Positions 46,013 through 55,717 of a stretch of DNA of 55,717 bases are shown here, in pieces (the stretch's first letter is position 1; each line of letters starts with the position of its first letter). Both the position numbers and the translations under genes were made by a program. Source of the stretch: Candidatus Micrarchaeota archaeon (lineage in GTDB: Archaea; Micrarchaeota; Micrarchaeia; Burarchaeales; Fermentimicrarchaeaceae); NCBI GenBank assembly GCA_026396385.1, contig JAPLWV010000026.1, positions 1 through 55,717 on the forward strand. Direction: 5' to 3'. The notes beneath the pieces were generated by a model that had not been told where the DNA came from, made no database searches, and saw nothing but the letters and a program-made list of their open reading frames with translations.

Positions 46013-48088
46013 ATGGCCGAGGATATCTCGCTCATAGTGGACGAGTTCGAGAAGTTCTTTGACACTTTCTGTAAGGAGGATGTTGAGAAGCTTCTTGACA
46101 GGTACCCAGAGAAAAGAAGCTTGGATGTCAGCTATACGCAGCTCAGCAAGTACAGCAGCAAAATTGCAGATAATTTGCTGAACAAGCCTGACTTATTCAT
46201 TAAAGCCGCTATTGAGGCATTGAAGGGAATGGCCATGCCATCCCAGTACGAGGTGCCATTCGAGCCCCATGTCAGATTTTTCGAATTGCCAGAACAGAGC
46301 AGACCCCTGATTCAAGACATAGGGGCGGATCACGTTGGGAAACTCATCTGTATTGATTGTCTTATAACCAAGAGGACGGAGATAAGGCCGAAAGTGAAAA
46401 TGATGGTGCTGAGATGCCCATACTGCGAGCATATTGAGAAAATTCTTATTGAGAAAAATACCGTAATACCCGAGGCATGCTCAAGCTGCAAGAGGAAAGG
46501 CCTGCAGCATGATGAGGAAGAGTCTAGATTCGTAAACCTGCAGAAAGCCGAGGCTCAGGAGCCCCTTGAGAGGACGAGGGGAGGCGCTCCCGCAAGCCAT
46601 ATTGAGGTGTGGCTGGAGGATGACTTAGTCAATACGATCAGCCCGGGGCAGAGGGTTGAGATAACCGGCGTTTTGAGGATAAGACCTTTCAACGAGTCGA
46701 AGGGGCAGGCCTCAAGAACAGTATATTCAAAGTTCCTTGATGCCGTTCACCTCAAGAGGGTTGAGAAGGAGTTTGAGGAAGTGGATATCAATAAGGAGGA
46801 TGAGGAGGAGATACTGACGCTCTCAAAAGATCCGAGCATATACCAGAAGATAGTGGGCTCGATAGCACCTTCTATATATGGTCATGATGAGGTGAAGGAG
46901 GCGCTTGCGCTCCAGCTTTTCGGGGGAACTCCGAACAAGATGCTCTCTGATGGAGGGCGTATAAGGAGCGACATACATGTGCTTCTCATAGGTGACCCGG
47001 GAGTCAGCAAAACGAGAATGCTGCAGTACATAACAAACCTTGCCCCAAAGAGTATATATGTGAGCGGCAAGGCGGTGACATCCGCCGGTCTTACGGCGAG
47101 TGCTGAGAAGGACGAACTTGGCGATGGAGGGTGGACTCTGAAGGCAGGTGCGCTTGTCCTTGCATCAGGAGGCCTGGCTGGCATAGATGAATTTGACAAG
47201 ATTAAGGATGAGGAATTAGCAGCAATGCACGAAGTAATGGAATCACAGAGCATAAGTGTTGCAAAAGCAGGCATAGTCGCAAAGTTCAATGCGAAAACTT
47301 CAATACTTGCGGCAGCCAACCCCAAGTATGGCAGGTTTGACCCCAACAGATATCCCGCAGAGCAGTTTGACATTCCTCCAACAATTCTCTCCAGGTTTGA
47401 CCTAATATTCCCGATAAAGGACATACTGGATGAGGAGAAGGACAGGAAGCTTGCGGATTTTATACTCAACCAGCACACAATAGCCGGGAAGAGGGTGGAG
47501 AAGACCATAAGCGAGGAGGAGGAGATAAGACCGCCCATTGACGCAACTCTGCTGAGGAAGTATATAGCATACTCAAGAACCAGAGTGAATCCAATACTGA
47601 CTTCGGAGGCGAATGAGAAGATAAAGGAGTATTATGTAGAGCTGAGAAGAATTGGCGCAAGTCAGGGAGCAGTGCCTATAACACCGAGGTATATTGAGGG
47701 AATGGTGAGGCTGGCAGAGGCGAGCGCAAAGGTGAGGCTGAGCAGAAGGGTGGAGCTTTGTGATGCAGAGAGGGCTACAAAGCTCATGGATTTCATGCTT
47801 AAGTCTATAACAATGGATAAGGGGCTGGGCAGAATTGACATAGATATAATAACTACAGGGCAGCCAAAATCAAAAGCAGACAGAATAAGAAATGTGCTTG
47901 ACATAGTGAAGGATCTTGAGAAGGAATACGACCTGGTTGAAGTGGAGAAAGTTGTTGAAGAGGCAAAGAAATACGGATTGGATGAAACAACAACAAGAAG
48001 GATAATTGAAGAAATGCTGAGGAAGACCGGTGAACTCTATGAGCCAAAGCACGGGCATGTGAAAGTTGTGAGGCCAAAGGTTGAGTGA
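46013..48088 (+). CDS. mcm: MCM replicative helicase
   Basis: Zn finger, IGDPGVSKT, IDEFDK, LAAANP, SRFD; no intein. Confidence 0.97.
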   Translation: MAEDISLIVDEFEKFFDTFCKEDVEKLLDRYPEKRSLDVSYTQLSKYSSKIADNLLNKPDLFIKAAIEALKGMAMPSQYEVPFEPHVRFFELPEQSRPLIQDIGADHVGKLICIDCLITKRTEIRPKVKMMVLRCPYCEHIEKILIEKNTVIPEACSSCKRKGLQHDEEESRFVNLQKAEAQEPLERTRGGAPASHIEVWLEDDLVNTISPGQRVEITGVLRIRPFNESKGQASRTVYSKFLDAVHLKRVEKEFEEVDINKEDEEEILTLSKDPSIYQKIVGSIAPSIYGHDEVKEALALQLFGGTPNKMLSDGGRIRSDIHVLLIGDPGVSKTRMLQYITNLAPKSIYVSGKAVTSAGLTASAEKDELGDGGWTLKAGALVLASGGLAGIDEFDKIKDEELAAMHEVMESQSISVAKAGIVAKFNAKTSILAAANPKYGRFDPNRYPAEQFDIPPTILSRFDLIFPIKDILDEEKDRKLADFILNQHTIAGKRVEKTISEEEEIRPPIDATLLRKYIAYSRTRVNPILTSEANEKIKEYYVELRRIGASQGAVPITPRYIEGMVRLAEASAKVRLSRRVELCDAERATKLMDFMLKSITMDKGLGRIDIDIITTGQPKSKADRIRNVLDIVKDLEKEYDLVEVEKVVEEAKKYGLDETTTRRIIEEMLRKTGELYEPKHGHVKVVRPKVE

Positions 48089-48932
48089 GATGAATCACAT
48101 AGCAAGAATAGTTGCAATGTTCCTCATTGCACAGTTCATTGGACTGTTTGTTGGAATCCAACTTGTTGGAAACCCTGTGTACAATGATTTGAATGTCACC
48201 CCCAACCAGCAGCCAGGCGATATGGGGAACTCGTTTCTATTCATTCTTTATGTAATTTTAGTTGCAGTAATAGTTGTGCTTGTCATAAGATACGTTAAAT
48301 GGTCTCATTCTCTCTTCAGGCTGTTTGAGGTTGTCATGATATTTGGAACTTCATCCCTCGTCTTCTTCATCTTCCTGACATACTTTGGAGTGCCCTACTA
48401 CATGGAGATAACTGTTGTGCTTTCCCTTCTGCTTGTTCTTCTAAAGGTGAAGCGCCCGGAGTTCAGGAATGTGGCAGCAATAATCTCCAGCGCTGCTGCG
48501 GGGGCGCTTTTCGGCTTCTCATTCGACATGATACCTGCGCTCATCTTCATAACTTTCGCCTCTCTCTATGATTTTGTTTCCGTCTTCGTGACAAAGCACA
48601 TGATTTACATGGCGAAGGAAATGAGCAAGATGGATTTGTCCTTCACCATCTCCAGCAGGGAGAAGAGGTATGTGAAAGCGCACAAGAAGGAGGAGGAGTT
48701 TTCCGTTGAGCTTGGGAGCGGAGATATTGCCCTGCCTCTCATGCTTGCAGTTTCAGCTTACAGGTTTGACTTCAGCTTCATAGACGCATTTGCAGTTGTG
48801 CTGGGCGCGACAATAGGGCTCGTTATAGTGCTCTACTACGTCACGAAAAATAAGGTTTTCCTGCCTGCCCTGCCGCCCCTATGCTTCTTCGGAGTGCTTT
48901 CCTTTGGCTTATCAAGGCTGCTGCTACACTGA
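48081..48932 (+). CDS. Presenilin/SPP-family intramembrane aspartyl protease
   Basis: Multi-TM; YD, LGSGD and PALP motifs. Confidence 0.9.
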   Translation: MSEMNHIARIVAMFLIAQFIGLFVGIQLVGNPVYNDLNVTPNQQPGDMGNSFLFILYVILVAVIVVLVIRYVKWSHSLFRLFEVVMIFGTSSLVFFIFLTYFGVPYYMEITVVLSLLLVLLKVKRPEFRNVAAIISSAAAGALFGFSFDMIPALIFITFASLYDFVSVFVTKHMIYMAKEMSKMDLSFTISSREKRYVKAHKKEEEFSVELGSGDIALPLMLAVSAYRFDFSFIDAFAVVLGATIGLVIVLYYVTKNKVFLPALPPLCFFGVLSFGLSRLLLH

Positions 48933-48968
48933 GCTTTATAAATTTGTATTTGCATAAGAGATGCTGCT

Positions 48969-49373
48969 ATGGAATACGACAAACTTTTGGAGAGGGCATA
49001 TTCCTGCCTGCCTGAAAAGGCTAGCGGAGGGGCCAGGTTTGAGATGCCCGTGGTTGAGAGCTTCGTGCAGGGGAACAAAACTATAATAAAGAATTTTGAC
49101 GAGATTGCCGGAAAGCTTAGGAGAACTCCTGAGGAGATTATGAAATACCTCACAAGGGAGCTTGCAATTCCCATGAGCAGGGAGGGGCCAGGGCTTATAC
49201 TGCAGGGTAAATTCTATGACCGGGTGCTCAACGAGAAGCTGAAGAAGTATGTTACTTCATTCGTCATATGTAAGGAGTGCAAGAAGGCAGATACTAAGAT
49301 AATTGGTGTTGAGAGGGGAACGAGGGCTATAGTTTGTGAGGCTTGTGGAGCCCGGTCTCCAGTGAGGGCTTGA
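48969..49373 (+). CDS. eif2b: Translation initiation factor 2 beta subunit
   Basis: YDKLLERAY, GNKTIIKNF, CKEC...CEACGA. Confidence 0.95.
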   Translation: MEYDKLLERAYSCLPEKASGGARFEMPVVESFVQGNKTIIKNFDEIAGKLRRTPEEIMKYLTRELAIPMSREGPGLILQGKFYDRVLNEKLKKYVTSFVICKECKKADTKIIGVERGTRAIVCEACGARSPVRA

Positions 49374-49374
49374 T

Positions 49375-49668
49375 ATGGTAGAGGAAGAACAGGAAGTTAT
49401 TGGAAGGTTGAGATTACCAAGGAAGGGAGAAGTGCTGGGGGTAGTAATTAGCATGATGGGCGCAAGCAGGCTTCTGGTCGACTGTATAGACGAAAAGGAG
49501 AGGATGTGCAGGATTCCGGGTAAGATAAAGAGGAGGATATGGGTGAAGGATGGGGATGTTGTGCTCATCAAGCCCTGGATAGTTGAAAGCGATAAGAAAG
49601 GGGATTTAGTTTGGAGGTATACCAGGCTGCAGGCAGACTGGCTTAGAAGAGCGGGCCACATGAAGTGA
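49375..49668 (+). CDS. eif1a: Translation initiation factor 1A
   Basis: RMCRIPGKIKRRIWVKDGDVV..PW, WRYT..Q..WL. Confidence 0.95.
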   Translation: MVEEEQEVIGRLRLPRKGEVLGVVISMMGASRLLVDCIDEKERMCRIPGKIKRRIWVKDGDVVLIKPWIVESDKKGDLVWRYTRLQADWLRRAGHMK

Positions 49669-49672
49669 GAGC

Positions 49673-50440
49673 ATGGCGAGGAAGCTCTCAACAAGGAAAA
49701 GACCCCGTAGGGAGGATAAACAGTTAAAGGAAAAGAAGAAGATTGAGTCAAAGGTTTTTGACAGATACACAATGCTCATTCTGGGGGGGTTTTTGAACAA
49801 GAAGATAATAAGGAGCGTAGACTACCCCATAGCCAGCGGGAAGGAGGCAGTTGTCTTCAGGGCAACCGCAGGTGAGAAATTTGAGGGTGAGGAGGAGCAC
49901 ATAGCAATCAAGATATACAAGATTGAGACGAGCAGTTTTGCGAGGATGCAGACATATATAAGGGGAGACCCGCGCTTCCTTGGTGTGGGGGGAGTCAAAA
50001 GGGGAATTATTTTTGCCTGGTGTAGGAAGGAGTTCAGGAATCTTCAGATATGCAAGGATGCAGAAGTGCCTGCCCCAACTCCGTATTTTTTTAAGGATAA
50101 TGTACTGCTCATGCAGTTCCTTGGTGAGGAGGGAATTCCGGATTCCCTGCTTGTTGATGTGGGAAGCGACAACCCTGAGAAAGACTGCAACACTCTGATT
50201 GGCTATGTAAGGAAGTTGTACAATAGGGGGTTCGTTCATGCGGATATAAGTGAGTTTAATATACTGATGCATGGAGATGTTCCTTACCTGATAGATATGG
50301 GGCAGGGAGTTCTCTTGGACCATCCCAAAGCAGAGGAATTCATGAGGAGAGATGTTGAGAATATATTGAGGTATTTCAGGAAGTATGGAATTGAGAAGAA
50401 TGGAGAGGAGGTTATCAAGTGGGTGAAGGGCTCAGGGTAG
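49673..50440 (+). CDS. rio1: RIO1 family serine kinase
   Basis: SGKEAVV, IKIY, VHADISEFNIL, IDMGQ. Confidence 0.94.
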   Translation: MARKLSTRKRPRREDKQLKEKKKIESKVFDRYTMLILGGFLNKKIIRSVDYPIASGKEAVVFRATAGEKFEGEEEHIAIKIYKIETSSFARMQTYIRGDPRFLGVGGVKRGIIFAWCRKEFRNLQICKDAEVPAPTPYFFKDNVLLMQFLGEEGIPDSLLVDVGSDNPEKDCNTLIGYVRKLYNRGFVHADISEFNILMHGDVPYLIDMGQGVLLDHPKAEEFMRRDVENILRYFRKYGIEKNGEEVIKWVKGSG

Positions 50441-51076
50441 TTATTTATAACCGAATTCTCCAATGAGAGGTACAAAAACAACCGGCATAAGATTTGAGGT
50501 TTCTACTTCTTTTCCAACCTTCACAACAAGCTCCAAGTCCTGGAACATTCTGGAGCCCACAGGTATGAGTAGCTTTCCGCCATCCGCAAGCTGGTCTACC
50601 AGAGGCTGAGGAATTGAGGGAGATGCTGCTGTGACAATTATTCTGTCATAGGGAGCTTCTTGGGGATACCCTTTCGTGCCATCGCCCTCAATAAATTTTA
50701 TATTTGTCAGACCCAGTTTCTCGACATTGCCTTTGGCAAGCGCTATGAGCTCTGGAATTCTCTCAACTGTATAGACGGATCCGGAATCGCCTGCCAGCAC
50801 AGCCAGAATTGCAGCTTGGTAGCCGCTTCCTGAGCCTATCTCCAGCATCTTCATTCCATCTTGAACATCAAGTGATTTGCTCATGAACGCAACTATGCTT
50901 GGAGCAGAGATGGTCTGCCCAAGCCCTATGGGCAGAGGGGTATCAGAGTAAGAAGCCTTTGCGTAATCGGGATGAACAAACAGCTCTCTTGGCACCTTTT
51001 TCATTGCTTCAGCTACCCAGTCATCCGCATAACCCTGCTGTAAAAGAAGCTCAATCATCTCCTCATTTCCACCCAT
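50441..51076 (-). CDS. pcm: Protein-L-isoaspartate O-methyltransferase
   Basis: VPRELFV, GQTISAP, LEIGSGSGYQAA, APYDRIIVTAA, FVPL. Confidence 0.95.
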   Translation of the reverse strand: MGGNEEMIELLLQQGYADDWVAEAMKKVPRELFVHPDYAKASYSDTPLPIGLGQTISAPSIVAFMSKSLDVQDGMKMLEIGSGSGYQAAILAVLAGDSGSVYTVERIPELIALAKGNVEKLGLTNIKFIEGDGTKGYPQEAPYDRIIVTAASPSIPQPLVDQLADGGKLLIPVGSRMFQDLELVVKVGKEVETSNLMPVVFVPLIGEFGYK

Positions 51077-51212
51077 GGTAGTTTTGTGAAATTAGGTGGA
51101 TTAATAGCTTTGCCCAAACAGCTAAAAAATGCCTTTTTTGATAAAATTATCGACGTAAAACCAATAAGAAGTTTTTTATATTCTCTTATCCAAATAATAC
51201 TAGTGAATAACA

Positions 51213-51743
51213 ATGCAGGTAGTGAAAATTCCCAGCGAGAGAGTGCCGGTGGTAATAGGAAAAAAGGGTGAAGTGAAGGGGAACATAGAGAGAAGGGGAA
51301 AAGTGAAGCTGGATATAGATTATGAGGGAGAGGTGGAGATAAGCAGCGAGAACAGCATAGATGAGTGGAAGGCTGCGGATGTTGTGAGGGCTATAGGCAG
51401 AGGTTTCGGCCCTGACAGGGCTTTCGAGCTCTTCAACGATGAATTCTCCCTGAAAATCATTGACTTGAAGCAGATATTCGGCAGTGACAAGGATATAACA
51501 AGATACAAAGGGAGAGTGATAGGACACGCTGGGAAGGCGAAGAGGGTGATTGAGGTGACCAGCGGCGCTGACCTGTGCATATACGGCAACACCATAAGCA
51601 TAATTGGCAGGCTGGATGCGCTGGGCCTTGCTGAGAGTGCAGTGAACAAACTGCTTGAAGGTTCAAGCCATGCTAAGGTTTATGCAATGCTCGAGAAGGG
51701 AAGAAGAAAGATGAGGGAGGAGAAGTTATGGGAGGAGAGATGA
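51213..51743 (+). CDS. KH-domain ribosome biogenesis protein (Dim2/Pno1-like)
   Basis: VIGKKG, AIGRGF, GRVIG..GK, H.KVY. Confidence 0.92.
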   Translation: MQVVKIPSERVPVVIGKKGEVKGNIERRGKVKLDIDYEGEVEISSENSIDEWKAADVVRAIGRGFGPDRAFELFNDEFSLKIIDLKQIFGSDKDITRYKGRVIGHAGKAKRVIEVTSGADLCIYGNTISIIGRLDALGLAESAVNKLLEGSSHAKVYAMLEKGRRKMREEKLWEER

Positions 51744-53383
51744 TGGAGGAAGAAAAAGAACCAGAAAAGGAAGTAAACGGAAGCGAGATTTTCAAGGAGT
51801 TCAAGGAGTATTCGGTAGTCGAATTCTTCAAGAAGAACAGGCAGATGCTGGGCTTTGCCGGCAAGGTGAGGTCTCTCACAACTATAGTCCACGAGTATTG
51901 CACCAACGCGCTTGATGCGACGGAGGAGGCGCACATACTCCCAGAGATAATGGTGAAGGTTGAGGAGTTGCCTGACGAGCATGTTAAAGTCACAATTCAG
52001 GATAACGGGCCGGGAATTCCTCCGAGCCATTTGGGAAAAGCAATGGGTATGATGCTCGCGGGCACCAAGTTCCACAGGTATATGCAGCAGAGAGGGCAGC
52101 AGGGTATCGGGGGGGCAGGCTGCACATTATTTTCGCAGATAACAACTGGAAAGCCTACTAGAATGCGCTCGGGTTTAGGTGATGGAAAGGTATATGAGTG
52201 CGACATGAAGATTGATGTGAAGAACAACCAGCCTGTTATCACGAACCAGATTGAATTCATGGGAAATTTCAGAGGTTTGAGAGTTGAAGCGGAGTTTGCA
52301 GAAGTGAAGTATGACAAGAGCGAGCATGGAGTTTATGAGTATCTCAAGAGAACTGCCATGGCAAACCCGCATGCGCAGATAACGCTCATAGAGCCCACTG
52401 GTGAGAAGCACGTATTCCAGAGGGTTTCTGATAGGATCCCTGAGAAGCCTGCTGAGATACAGCCGCATCCCCTTGGGATTACCACTGGCGATTTGGTGGA
52501 TATGGCTCACAGGACGGATTCCAGGAAGCTTTCCTCTTTCCTTACAAACACGTTCTCAAGGATGAGCTCTGCGAAGGTTGAGGAGCTTGCTAAACTTGTT
52601 CCAACTGTCAACTTTGAGAAGCATCCGAGGGATTTGAAGTGGCCGGAGGCAGAGGCGGTAGTCAATTCAGTAAAGACTTTGAAATGGATTGCGCCTCCCA
52701 CTGATGCGCTGAGGCCCATAGGCTCTGACCAGATTGACAAAGCGCTGAAAAACATACTGGCTCCTGAATTTGTTTCCGTGAGCGAGAGGAGGCCTAAGGT
52801 GTTCAGAGGCGGAATTCCCTTCATGGTTGAGGCTGCAATAGCCTATGGGGGGAATTCAGGAAGAGCCAGAAGCGATGAGGGGAGGGGCGGGGACATTATA
52901 AGATACGCAAACAGGGTTCCTCTGATGTTCGATGGTGGCTCATGCGCAATAACAGAGGCTGTGAAGAATATAGACTGGAAGAGGTATGACGTAAGGGATT
53001 TTGATAAGGAACCCGTGACAGTTTTCGCAAACTTCGTGTCTGTGCATGTTCCCTACACCGGGACTGGAAAGCAGGCCATAACAATGGAAGAGGAGATAGT
53101 TGGGGAGATAAGGTATGCAATAATGGAAGTTGCAAGGGACATGCAGGTTTACCTGAGAGGCAAAGTAAGGGAGATGGACAAGGAGACTAAGAAGAAGATA
53201 ATAATGCGTTATGTAAAGGAGCTATCTGCAGATTTGGCGGATTTGGCAGGCACCGGCGCTCCTGCAGATATTGAGAAGAAACTTGTTAACATGATTGAGA
53301 CGAAGTATGAGAAGATTGAGGGGGAAGCTGAAGAGGCGGTTGAGGAGGTTAAGGAGGTAGAGGAGAATGAAAAAGAAGAGTGA
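51740..53383 (+). CDS. top6B: DNA topoisomerase VI subunit B
   Basis: EFFKKN.QMLGF, NALDA, DNGPGI, RGQQGIG, RYANRVPL. Confidence 0.96.
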   Translation: MMEEEKEPEKEVNGSEIFKEFKEYSVVEFFKKNRQMLGFAGKVRSLTTIVHEYCTNALDATEEAHILPEIMVKVEELPDEHVKVTIQDNGPGIPPSHLGKAMGMMLAGTKFHRYMQQRGQQGIGGAGCTLFSQITTGKPTRMRSGLGDGKVYECDMKIDVKNNQPVITNQIEFMGNFRGLRVEAEFAEVKYDKSEHGVYEYLKRTAMANPHAQITLIEPTGEKHVFQRVSDRIPEKPAEIQPHPLGITTGDLVDMAHRTDSRKLSSFLTNTFSRMSSAKVEELAKLVPTVNFEKHPRDLKWPEAEAVVNSVKTLKWIAPPTDALRPIGSDQIDKALKNILAPEFVSVSERRPKVFRGGIPFMVEAAIAYGGNSGRARSDEGRGGDIIRYANRVPLMFDGGSCAITEAVKNIDWKRYDVRDFDKEPVTVFANFVSVHVPYTGTGKQAITMEEEIVGEIRYAIMEVARDMQVYLRGKVREMDKETKKKIIMRYVKELSADLADLAGTGAPADIEKKLVNMIETKYEKIEGEAEEAVEEVKEVEENEKEE

Positions 53384-54485
53384 GAAGGAAAGCTCGTCCG
53401 AAGTCCTGAGCAAATTGGAAGGGCTCGGAAAGGAGATGCTGGAGGACATAGATGTTGGCGAGGCTCCGAGGTTCGAGTGCCCTCTTAGGAGCAGGGGAAA
53501 CATATTGTATGATGAAAACCTCGGTTACATAAAGCTTGGCGAAAAGAGGGAGACGAGAACTTTCCTCAATGTTGGGCAGGCCAAGAAGTTCATGCAGACA
53601 GTTGCAGTTGCATCAAAATGCAAGAAATTCCTGAAGGAGGACTCCCACACGAGTATAAGAGGCCTTTTCTACCAGCTAAAGTTCAGCTTGGGGGAGAATG
53701 TTGATGAGGAGCTGTTCTCGGAGCAGAGCGAGAGCAACCCGCTTGTTGAGGATTTGGAGGTTGCACTCGATGTGAAGAGGGAGGATTTGAACCTTAATAC
53801 AGACAGGAAAGGGGTTGTTGCAGGCAATCTGGTGCTCAAGGACAAGTTCGGGGGAGTAACTGACGAGATAGACTGCTCCAAGCAGGGAAGAAGCGGGTGG
53901 ATGATACCAAGCGATGTGGACAATGGAATGGAGTTCGTCAGCGTTGATGCCAACTATGTAATTGTTGTGGAGAAGGATGCACTGTGGCAGAGGCTTAATG
54001 AGGATAAGTTCTGGAAGAAGGAGAACTGCATACTTATAACACCGAAGGGGCAGGCCTCAAGGGGATGCAGGAGGCTCATAAGGAAGCTGGCCGACACGAA
54101 GCTCCCAGTATACTGCTTCACGGACTGCGATGCCTGGGGGTGGTATATCTACTGGACGATAAAGACGGGCAGCATGAACCTTGCGTACCTTGGCAGTGAC
54201 ATTGCAACTCCGGAGGCAAAATTCATTGGCGTTACAATGAGGGACATAGTGGACTATGATTTCCTTGGCAAGCTCACCATAAAGACGAAGGAAGTGGACT
54301 TGAAGAGGGCTGAGGAGATGCTCACCTACCCATGGATAACAGCGCACAAGGAGTGGGTGGAGGAACTGAAGACAGTCATTGCAACCAAGAAGAAGCTGGA
54401 GCAGGATGCTTTGCAGGGGCCCAGGCTCTCATTCGTGGGGGATTATATAAGAGAAAAGTTGGAGAAGAAGAAGTTCCTTCCGTAG
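53367..54485 (+). CDS. top6A: DNA topoisomerase VI subunit A
   Basis: SIRGLFY, VVEKDA, KGQ, TDCDAWG, KLEQDAL. Confidence 0.96.
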   Translation: MKKKSEKESSSEVLSKLEGLGKEMLEDIDVGEAPRFECPLRSRGNILYDENLGYIKLGEKRETRTFLNVGQAKKFMQTVAVASKCKKFLKEDSHTSIRGLFYQLKFSLGENVDEELFSEQSESNPLVEDLEVALDVKREDLNLNTDRKGVVAGNLVLKDKFGGVTDEIDCSKQGRSGWMIPSDVDNGMEFVSVDANYVIVVEKDALWQRLNEDKFWKKENCILITPKGQASRGCRRLIRKLADTKLPVYCFTDCDAWGWYIYWTIKTGSMNLAYLGSDIATPEAKFIGVTMRDIVDYDFLGKLTIKTKEVDLKRAEEMLTYPWITAHKEWVEELKTVIATKKKLEQDALQGPRLSFVGDYIREKLEKKKFLP

Positions 54486-54520
54486 ATTTAAATATTCCGA
54501 ATTCCTAACTATTAACTCAC

Positions 54521-54593
54521 GCCCCGATAGCTCAGTCGGTAGAGCGACTGGCTGTTAACCAGTAGGTCGTCGGTTCGAGTCCGACTCGGGGCG
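54521..54593 (+). tRNA. tRNA-Asn(GUU)
   Basis: GCCCCGA/TCGGGGC acceptor stem; ACTGG-CTGTTAA-CCAGT anticodon arm. Confidence 0.96.
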
Positions 54594-54777
54594 CAAACTT
54601 TTTTACGACGGGAGGGGGAGGGTTCGATTATAGGGGTATTGGTATTCCTTTGATTCGAAACCGGTTACAACAACATATATTAAATAGGTTGTGCAAAGTA
54701 TACAGGGGGCCAAGGAGATTTGTTTTTTAGAAACAATAGACTATAGTGGATAGGCTGAAAATAGAGGAGGTGGTTGA

Positions 54778-55218
54778 ACGGTAAAGGTTAAGGAGATAAT
54801 GCATGGGATAACTTTAGTGAATCAAGAGGCAACAATATTAGAAATTGCAAAGCTTATGGAGAGAAAAGGGATAGGTTCTGTTTTGGTTGAGACTAGGAAT
54901 GGAGTTAATGGAATTTTAACGGAGAGGGACATTTTAAAGAAAGTTGTTGCCGCTGGCTTGGATCCGTCAGTTGCAAAAGCGAAGCAGGCAATGACAAAAA
55001 TGATCAAAACAGTAGGCAATGAAGCTGATATCTTTGAGGCTAATGAACTATTCAACAGGTATAATATAAGGAGATTGCCTGTTACAGACTCAAAAGGGAA
55101 GATTATTGGTATAATAACGATAGGGGATGTTACAAAAAGTTTACCATACGCATTCCGCAAACTAATAAGGGATGAGGATTACAGGGGGGCAGTAGTCTTC
55201 TCAAAAAAAGATGATTAG
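54778..55218 (+). CDS. CBS-pair domain protein (apparent ACG start; first ATG at 54799)
   Basis: GILTERDI, IRRLPV, GIITIGD; typical N-terminal KVKEIM lies upstream of the ATG. Confidence 0.88.
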   Translation, partial: TVKVKEIMHGITLVNQEATILEIAKLMERKGIGSVLVETRNGVNGILTERDILKKVVAAGLDPSVAKAKQAMTKMIKTVGNEADIFEANELFNRYNIRRLPVTDSKGKIIGIITIGDVTKSLPYAFRKLIRDEDYRGAVVFSKKDD

Positions 55219-55261
55219 TGTAGGAAAGTTATTTTTAAATCCTTGTATACAAAATTAAGTT

Positions 55262-55573
55262 ATGGAGTGCAGCTACTGCCACAAGGTTTCAAACGAGCTG
55301 CCTTACAGATGCAAGTTCTGCGGGGGTACCTTCTGCTCAGACCACAGGCTGCCTGAGAACCACGAGTGCATAGGGCTGGAGAGCTACAAGGATACCAAGC
55401 ACGAGAAGTTCAAGGAGGATGTGGTTAAGGCGGCAAAGGAATATGAGGCAAAAGTCAAGGCATACAAAGACAGGGGGTTGGATAAAAGGAAGATAGCCAT
55501 ATGCGCAGTAATTCTGATTATACTGGCATTCATAGCTTACTATATAATGAAACTAGTGAAGTTTTTGCCCTGA
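55262..55573 (+). CDS. AN1-type zinc-finger protein with C-terminal TM
   Basis: CSYC..LPYRCKFCGGTFCSDHRLPENHEC. Confidence 0.9.
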   Translation: MECSYCHKVSNELPYRCKFCGGTFCSDHRLPENHECIGLESYKDTKHEKFKEDVVKAAKEYEAKVKAYKDRGLDKRKIAICAVILIILAFIAYYIMKLVKFLP

Positions 55574-55609
55574 GCGGGCTTTGCACATAAATTAGCCATT
55601 TTTAAGAAT

Positions 55610-55717
55610 CGGTCCCTCCTTTATGTGCAGGTTCGGGAATAAATGTGCAGACTTCTCAAACTCGGCCGTAAAGCCCATTTCGCACGACTCCCGCACGAGA
55701 ACGCATAGGTTATGGCA
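55610..55717 (-). ncRNA. Possible 3' part of SRP RNA (or another structured RNA), cut by the window edge
   Basis: GC-rich non-coding stretch; reverse complement contains CGGGAGTCGTGCG and ends ...GGAGGGACC, reminiscent of archaeal SRP RNA; the diagnostic helix 8 is not in view. Confidence 0.3.

Overview
Archaeal chromosome segment. PolD, aIF2/aIF5B/aIF1A, Nop5/fibrillarin, MCM, topo VI and BHB-type tRNA introns show it is archaeal; a DPANN/Micrarchaeota-like origin is my inference. Bases ~15.9-55.7 kb are mostly core housekeeping genes with five tRNAs. Bases 1-15.8 kb are a mosaic accessory region. It holds a single-repeat 'half-TBP' present in two copies, a Zn-ribbon-less TFB-like protein, a histone remnant, a six-AbrB-domain protein and a 15-repeat alpha-solenoid. 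It also holds a MazG + DUF2075 nuclease-helicase pair and a DUF3800-like RNase H-fold gene followed by a structured ~100-nt RNA. The strongest unexplained signal is a conserved 25-bp TATA-anchored element (YTTAAATAYYNRAAATGAGCAATTT), found 8 times upstream of otherwise unrelated orphan genes, four of which also start MVE(K/E). This looks like a dedicated regulon or a reassorted leader cassette, possibly for exported effectors. Other oddities: a TnpB/omega-RNA remnant abutting the pyrF promoter, a frameshift in aIF5B, and apparent ATA (metG) and ACG (CBS gene) start codons. All calls come from reading the sequence by eye; no searches were run.
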